Assembly: GCF_009914755.1 (NCBI RefSeq)
Contig: NC_060926.1
DNA: 64,000 nt
Direction: 5' to 3' (one strand)
Source: the human T2T-CHM13v2.0 reference genome, Homo sapiens
The translations under genes were made by a program, and so were the position numbers. Position 1 is the stretch's first letter, and each line of letters starts with the position of its first letter. Below, piece by piece: positions 54,347 to 64,000 of the stretch. Under the pieces are notes generated by a model that worked only from the letters and a program-made list of their open reading frames with translations, was not told the DNA's origin and searched no databases.

Positions 54347-56369
54347 GATAGTTCTCTGGTATCAATACCATTGTCTTCCACTGGCTGAGACTCTCTAAGC
54401 GTTTTTCTCCATTGATTCAGCCGTTGGGTACTGCAGAGCTGGTCTTCAATTCTTACAGACCAATTCCTAATCTCTCACCTTAACTTCCTTCATATCACTG
54501 TGGGATATCAGAATCTGGGTTTGGAGGAATGTTGGAAAAAAACTAGGTTGGGGGAGGAGAATGACAGAATGATTCAATTCCAAATCCTGGAGAGCTTCCT
54601 TTCCAGCTCACTGTTCTCATTCAGTTTCTCTGCTTTCCCAGCTTTTGCTGTTTCTTTCTGAATGTTAGAACTTTGGAGGGTAAAATGGCCTTGGAAGAAA
54701 ACGTTTGGTCCAGAATCATTGGAATCCATTCAAACTTTAGTATTCACAGGATCTGTGGTTTGACCTTGATAACTGATTTCTGTGCTGGGGGGTTGGAGGG
54801 CAGCAAATCGAAGTCAGGGGCAAACAGTTGAGAAGCTCAGCTCCTCTTGGGTATCTCCTCTCTTGACTTAGTGGACCACATGGATGATCAAGCATGTGGT
54901 TTCCTGGGCTGATACAGAAGCTTTCTTCTTTGATGGCAGAAAAGCTGTGCAGTTCTGTGATGAATTAGAACAAAAAACAAGTTGGTGTTTAGAGAAAGCA
55001 GCACACTCCCTTAGCAAAAAGACCCTTTCCGTGGATAGGACATGTTAGACTGTAAGGAGGAATATAACTTAGGACATAGCTTTGGTATTTTGTGGAATTA
55101 GATGTGAAGATTTTGCTAACAGGGTGATATAACTGGAGTGGGAGTTTTAGCTTGAAGCCTTGATTTATCTCGAAGGGGCCAGCCCTTTTGCTATGGCGTT
55201 GTGTAGTATCATCTACCATAACAAAGGAACAAGTAGTCAGTTTCAAGCATGCTTTTCTTTAGTAATTTCATAAATAGCAACTCAGATGGTCTTCCTCAGG
55301 CAGCTCCTAAAACCCAGCAGTTGGTAGGTTTAGCCAGTGCTTCTCAAGGAAGTCGTGTGGAAAAGAGTGAATGCAGCGTCTGAGGCAGGCTGAGGAGTTC
55401 ACCAGGTCATTTCATGGCAGAGCTGAAATGAATGGCATATGTTCCCGAAAGCCAATTCTTAAGAAGTTCTGGAGCACGGCAAGTAGGCACTTACACACAT
55501 TTATTTTTTGAAGATAAAATTAATGCAAAATACTTTACCTAAGTGATTTTCTTATAAGTATGTTTTTGAACCAGAATATGCTTATTTAAAACAGCATTCT
55601 GGCATGCCTAACTCACTTTGAAATTTGAGCCAGCTACAGCACACCAGGCCAGCCTAGTTTGTCTTTTCCCCTGACTCCTGGGGATTAGACCAGAACATTA
55701 CAGCAGAATTACACCTGCAACTGTCTCTCAATATGACTTGTATTTTGTGGATAGTGTCACCTGACTAAGCCTAACAGACAAATTTAAAAAAAAAATTAAA
55801 AATTGGTCCACATATCTACTTTTAGCTGGACTTTCTTGAATCGAATATATGTGTGTCTTAGCATTGGAAGGCCAAATATCTAGCTTTCCAGTTTCTAAGT
55901 ACAGTTGAGTCCCATTAAGAATTTAATGTCTATTACCCCCAATGTAATTCTGTATAAACTCATGAACATTATTTTGGATGGTAAAGCTTCAGTGAGTTTT
56001 ATAATGGTTGATTCTCAACTATAAACATGAATTATCCAGATCATTTAAAATATTAAACAAACTTCCTTCTAGAATATGCTTTTAGGCATCTTCTCTTGAC
56101 CATCAAGTTTGTGTATGTTCAAGGATACAAACTTTCTAAAGGCTTAAATTTTTGCATTTTTAGGAAATGATGCAAAATGAATCATATAGTATACTTTGTA
56201 ACCAAATAACGTTTTTATTATACATACTTCTGTCATATTATTTCTATTGCTATTTTTTTAGGCAGGAAATATTAAAAAGTGAATAAACTTTTTCTGTCGT
56301 AATATATTAATGATTTCTTCAACAAGGAATATGGCCTATGAGTAATTACAAATCCTCATTACTATGAAT

Positions 56370-56580
56370 TTGCTATATTTATATATTGCTTCACAGTTTA
56401 GAAATTACTTTTATATCAATTGCCTTATTTGTTACTTAGCAGCAACCTAAGGTTATTTTGAATAAGGTGTGCAGGGGTCATTATCTCTAGTTTGTAGATG
56501 AATAAACTGAGGTTCAGAAAGGTTGTGACTTTCTCAGGGAAACAATAGCTATTAAATGGTGGAGAGGGAACTAAAGTTCT
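56370..56580 (-). mobile_element. MIR
   Basis: TTTGTAGATGAATAAACTGAGGTTCAGAAAGGTTGTGACT. Confidence 0.75.
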
Positions 56581-56589
56581 AGTTGTCTA

Positions 56590-57680
<1,091 letters not shown>

Positions 57681-58779
57681 ATGTCTGTTTTTTTTTAATC
57701 AGGAATATAATACTATTTGTTGAGTCTGGAGCTATAGCCTGAACTCATAGTTACAGAAAGATAATTCTCTGAATGATACTCTGAGAAAACCCAAGCTCTG
57801 GCTTCCTCTCATTATTAGTTGAGCTCACATAGAGAGATGAACAGTTTTCCTGATCAGGGATCCATCATTCTCTCCAGTGACAGAGCTGTTTCTCTTCTGA
57901 AGGTTGTTGTTGGAGGAGATGCCACATTGTGAAGTAGTTTGCCTGTAGCTAGCTGAGTCATTGGCTAATATAACAGATGCTTCTCCACCGTGCTTCCTGC
58001 CCCCTATTTTCCCCAAGTGTACCTGCATATATGTTTTTGTTATTTTACTTTTCTGGAAAATGAGTGACAGAAAGCATATATGTCTTTGGAGGTCTTTTGA
58101 TCAAATTCCGTTTGAGATTGTGCTGACTTTTTAAGGTCAAGCGCTGATAATTGTAAAATCCAGAAAGCCATTTACCTGTCTCTTCATTTTTAATGAGATT
58201 ACTTAATGGTTCAGTTTTGCTAATTAAGTAGAAGAGAAATGATCAAAATAGTGGTTAAATTACTGTACCCAGAGCTTGCATTTCATTTCATTTAAAAGAA
58301 ATCAGGACTCAACAGTCGAATTGGATCCAAATGTGTTTTTCTTCTTCAGGGAATTTTCTTTGAATTCTTTAACTTAATTATCTCTATTTTAGGTTGGAGG
58401 AAGAGAACACAGAACCCCCATCCCACCAAAAAAAAGTCAGAATTACCCTTACTTTTAGCTTTTAGGGAAGAAATATGTAAGAGTTTATATAGGAAATACT
58501 CCTAAGTAGAGCAGTGAACCCAGGGATGAACTAATTTATAACTGCCTCTGGCTTCTTTGACAGGCGGCAGTTTCTATTCCAAAGAAAGTTTGCGGGCTGA
58601 TATTGCTGAGTTACTCATAATTTCTTTAACTCATTGGAGAGAAGAGAGTCCAAATGGTAAAATTAACTTTGGCTTTACTCCCTTTGCCGCTTAAGCTTGA
58701 GTCTGTACTGGGTGATCTGTTTCCCTATGTGAAACTTGGAGAGGATGTGACTGGCCTTGGTAATTACCATAGCAGCGAT

Positions 58780-59630
58780 GGATGATATTTGCTGAGGTTC
58801 CATTCATTCATTAGGAGATGCAAAATGGTAATCTTCTAATTCTAATATTCTTCTTCATTAATTGGAATGATTCTGTAAAAAATAACTGTTCCACATTAAG
58901 GCCTCAGCTACCTGCTGCTAATGATGTGTCATAGAAAAGCAGGATAAATTCTTTATTATTTTCTTTTATGCACCAGTTTCAAGATGGGTTGGTTAGCTGA
59001 CCTCCAAAGGTGACCAATGAATTGTTTTTTTAGAAGATCATCATAACCATATGGACTTAAACACATTTGATATGTTTCAATTCAATTGTAGTAATTATTC
59101 TTTTGGATTATCTAATTATCCCATTTTTGGCTAGGAGAGCCCTTCCAATTGACTTCCAAGCTATATGTATATGTATATGTATATGTGTATGTGTATGTGT
59201 ATGTATATGTATATGTGTATGTATGTGTCTGTCTTCTCTGTCTGTCTTTCTACTAATTTATAATGTGGTCCTAGTAGACAAGGTGTTTCAGGCTCATTCT
59301 ATTTTTTTGTCTGCAGACCTGGGATTGGCCATCTCTCTAAGGAGCTCTAAGATGGAAATGGTATTTCCAGATACAATATGGGCACAAGGGGTGGTGATTA
59401 CTACTTGGTTAGTCATTATTTCTAGGCCTTTTCAGAGGATAAAGTTAGGAAATTTTACCTTTAAATAAACTATTTCTTGAGCTCATGCTGATAATTCTAA
59501 TTCAGATTGGAAATAACAAGAGATTTTTTAAAAACTCAAACTCGCTAATATGTATCGTTACTTCTTTTCTGTCATGCCAAAAATCCTAGTTCTCAATGAA
59601 ACCATTTTACTTCTTCATCCTGCTGTAGAT
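58780..59630 (-). mobile_element. L1MC4/5-like 3' UTR relic
   Basis: GCAAAATGGTAATCTTCTAATTCTA..., TTAAACACATTTGATATGTTTCAATTCAATTG. Confidence 0.65.
59162..59227. repeat. (TATATG/TATGTG)n microsatellite
   Basis: Directly visible hexamer repeat. Confidence 0.9.
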
Positions 59631-59667
59631 GGATGTTACGAAATTTCAAGTTAAAAACTGATGCTTA

Positions 59668-60162
<495 letters not shown>

Positions 60163-62001
60163 ATTACTCATGTTACTCCTCAGGAACATTATAATTGAAA
60201 AAAAAAAAAAAACAAGGAAGAAAAACGTAAGAGAACTAACTAAAAAATGATTAGTTAGAAAAGCATGGGGTAACTGATCAAAGACTATAATATAGAAGGA
60301 GCTAAGGACATAATTTTCAAATTGTAGAAAAAAGAACTGCAAAAGGATCTTAAAATATTATACAGTCTGTTTTTCTGTCTACTCCTTTTCCCTTTCAGAA
60401 AAACTACATTCAAATGTGTCTGAATAAAGAAAGGACTCAGAAAGGTGAAACGCAAATATTATTAGTTACTGGCTTCTGCAGTACAGAAATGGCTGGAGGC
60501 CTTGATGCAAAGTGTCTTATGTGAAGTGAAGAGATCAGAAAACAGATTATAGAAGTTCAAATGGATAATTTTGTATTGAACGAATTTCAACTTTGGTTGA
60601 CCTTTCTTCAACTATTTTCTCACTTTGAACACTTTCTTGGAAAAGGGATTTTATCTCTAGAAATGAGATATTCAGTGTGTGAATATAAGACAAGATTGGC
60701 TGGGTACAAACCCCTCATGTCCACAGTGGTTCTGGTTTTCCTTTATAGTCAGATGAGAGCTATGTCACCATTTTTGTCAGATTTCTCCTACTGATCCTAA
60801 ACTTTAATGTTGCTGTTATTATTATTTAATGAGAGGCAATGTGTAAGGCATTTTGGTTAGTATTTTGTCTTAAGCAGGGTAGGGATATATGTGTTCATGC
60901 ACAGAGTTTATATCTAAGGCAAAACATTATAAGTATGTATGTTACAATTTGAGATGAAGACCTGAATTATTTTACTTACTTATAGGAAAATTTAGGATAA
61001 AGCATAGAGATAGAATTTTTTGCTTTGCTAAAAAATCTCTGCCATACAGGTTTAAAATGCCAGTCTCAAAACTATGTCAGTTTTCAAATTGAATATCTTC
61101 AATAGTGAAGTAAATTTGTTAAATATTTAACAGATTAATGTGTGAAATAATTGTTTGAGTATTAAATTTTCCATAATATGTATTGCAAAAGAAAATTGTT
61201 TTTGATGAATGAAAATGCAAATTTACCAGTATTTTAGGGTAGTAACAAAATGTTAGCCAAACTCCACTTCATTCTTATTCAGAATTTGTCTCCAAGGCAA
61301 GGATTTTATGATCAAAATAAATGATACCAGAAGTGTCATTGTGTTTATTTAAGCTTAATATTCATTTTTAAAAAAGAAAAATATTAATATTTTGAAATAG
61401 ACATCACTGAAATGCAGTGTGACAAGAGCAGAGTTCCTTTTGATATTTCGACAGGAAGTAGCTTAATAGTCTCCCTCTTTAGGGATGTGGGATCCAGTGG
61501 ATTAATGGTGGAAGAGAGAAATCTGAATGCTTAAGTTTCTAAATCACTGTTTAAAGGTACAGTGTTAGGGCATAGGCAACTATATTCATCATCCTAGTGA
61601 CCAGTGTTTAATGAAAAATTAGGAGACATTAATATATATAGATCTCTTTCACTTTAAACTGTTTCTAAGAATTAATAATTTGGGTAAATATGGGATGGAG
61701 ATGAGGAATCAAATACAGTTGAAATTTAGAGTTGGAAAAAGTGCATCCAAATTCCATATAGTACTCAACAGACTCTTCTGATACTTCATTAATTCTTGTC
61801 TTGTTAGAAATTCTAGACTCAGTCTTTCGATGCTATAGTTTCAAATTTATCATGGAAATGGGTGGAAAAATTAGATTTAAAAAAAAAACTTTTGCTGGAT
61901 CTTATCTGTTCTGAAATGAGAATTAGTTCCATGATAGTTTTCTCCAGAAACAGGGTGTTAGTATGATCTTGGATAAAAGCACATATAGAATAGTCTGTCA
62001 A

Positions 62002-62290
<289 letters not shown>

Positions 62291-62299
62291 GGAATAGAC

Positions 62300-62475
62300 T
62301 GTCAGAGCTGGAAGAAGATTTGCAATCCTCTAGCAGCCTAGCATCCTTGGTTTATAAAGAGTTCAAGCCCCAGAGATGGTAAGTTACTTGTACAAAGTGA
62401 CACACATCAAGGCAGCAGAACCATGACTAGAAACCCAGACATCTGACTCTTGGTAAGTGTGGTTTTCTGCTGTAT
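62300..62475 (-). mobile_element. MIR3/MIRc fragment
   Basis: AGAGCTGGAAG...CCCAGAGATGGTAAGTTACTTG...GACTAGAAACCCAGACATCTGACTC. Confidence 0.6.
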
Positions 62476-62608
62476 TGGGATGCTTGGTGATCACTCTTTT
62501 CTTTCTGTGACCACAAACGTGTGCTTGGGGACATGGCAGGCTCCTGCTTGCAAAACGTCATCTCTCATACCTCATGTCTGAGGACCGGCAGAGACACTCA
62601 ACTGTGTA

Positions 62609-62611
<3 letters not shown>

Positions 62612-62644
<33 letters not shown>
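62612..62644. repeat. (TG)n microsatellite
   Basis: About 16 GT units. Confidence 0.95.
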
Positions 62645-62649
<5 letters not shown>

Positions 62650-63693
62650 ACACAGGTGAAACAGAAAATTCTCAGTATTTTCTAAAATGATGATGATAAA
62701 TTTAAAACTGCCTCAGGATCCCTGAAGCTTCTTCTTTCTGCTGTTTGGCCAGTGCTTTTAGTCACTTATAGCCCACATTTACAACAGAGAGGACTGTGGC
62801 ATGTTAACATGAAGCTCAGGGAGCTGTCTGGTGGCAGGGCCTCCCTTCCTGGTCACCCACAATGGGGCTGTGATATGGGACACTACCCTAACTTCCTTGG
62901 TGAATGTCAATTGCTTTGTCCAGTAATATCTTTCAGTTATATCACTCAGTTCTGAAAATTAACCAGGAAAAAGTAAAACCCATAAAACATGAAAAAAAAA
63001 GTAAATTAAGTCCCTTGAAATTACTTGATTTGAAGCATCATTCTCTCATATAAATGTCCAAACTGATCATTATCACACTAACACTGGGTTTTTATGGCGT
63101 CATTTCCTTTAAAGACCTTATAGCAATTCAGAAATGTTAACTCCTGAAAATTGAGCATATTCCTGTAAGCACTAGATTAGGCACTGCAGCACCTTGCATG
63201 TCTGGTGAGTTCCCTAATGAGGTTGAAAACAATTTTGACTCAGACAGAGTGATAAGGGCCCGTTTCACAAGAGGACCTCTAACATTTGTGCTGGGAAACA
63301 GGACCAATTATAACTAATTTCTAAATTGCATAGCTTTGAACTATTTGGAGAATGAGGACCTTTTTCAACATACAAAATTTCCTGGTCTTCAACGTGATAA
63401 TTGGGTTTTAATGTATTCAGTCTGCAGGCAATACTTCCTCTGTGTGTGTATTTTCAGGCCCCTTACAATTGCATATTCTCCAATGGGTCCCTAGCCCTTA
63501 CATTGGGAATCATTTGTATAGACCTCAAAGGGAATGTGAAAACTCAAGAGTATTGTCAGTGTGGCACAGTGACTTTTTAAATATTTTACTTTTTTAGGAT
63601 TTTGTACTAATTGTTATCTTATTAAAAATTCACGTGTGTTTCTATAAAATGACTGAATACCACCCAAAAAGTTTGCATAGGATACCAGGATAC

Positions 63694-63988
63694 TTTTTTT
63701 TTTTCTTTAGAGACAGAGTCTTGCTCTTTTGCCCAGGCTAGAGTGCAATGGTGTGGTGTAATCATAGCCCTCTGCAGCCTCCAACTCCTGGGCTCAAGCA
63801 GTCCTCCTGCCTCAGCCTCCTGAGTAGCTAGTACTGGCTGATTTTTTTTTTCACTTTTTTTTTAGAGATGAGGTCTTACTCTGTTGCTATGTTGTACTGG
63901 CGGGTCTTTAACTCCTGGTCTCAAGCAGTCCTCCTGCCTTGGCCTCCCAAAGTGCTAGGATTATAGGCATAAGTCACTTCCCCTGGCC
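63694..63988 (-). mobile_element. AluJ
   Basis: CTGCAGCCTCCAACTCCTGGGCTCAAGCAGTCCTCC J-type antisense dimer. Confidence 0.9.
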
Positions 63989-64000
63989 CAGACGAGACTT

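Overview
Primate (human-like) non-coding genomic DNA. I recognise no protein-coding exon, RNA gene or processed pseudogene; the ORF track is mostly Alu/L1/LTR/low-complexity read-through or short chance ORFs. The window holds about 36 Alu-type insertions (FAM, FLAM, AluJ, S, Y; many with readable target-site duplications). It also has old L1/HAL1, L2 and MIR fragments, about 10 solo LTRs (MLT1, MLT2, MST, THE1, LTR33, two LTR9-family) and several DNA-transposon relics (MER5, MER20, Charlie1, MER44/Tigger7, Tigger3, MER53, MER58). About 9 of 10 LTRs lie on the minus strand, which suggests a long intron of a plus-strand gene that I cannot name. Repeat-free blocks rich in homeodomain, TCF, CRE, AP-1 and RFX motifs look like candidate enhancers. 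The most unusual structures seen directly are a 165-bp-arm ungapped inverted repeat (6509-7258) with an Alu in its spacer, a 52-bp copy of nearby MLT2 sequence pasted 1.6 kb away with 9-bp inverted ends, a palindromic 39-bp minisatellite, and a triplicated Alu target site. I found no convincing novel gene system. Repeat subfamily names come from recalled consensus sequences and need RepeatMasker/Dfam confirmation; boundaries of old elements are approximate.
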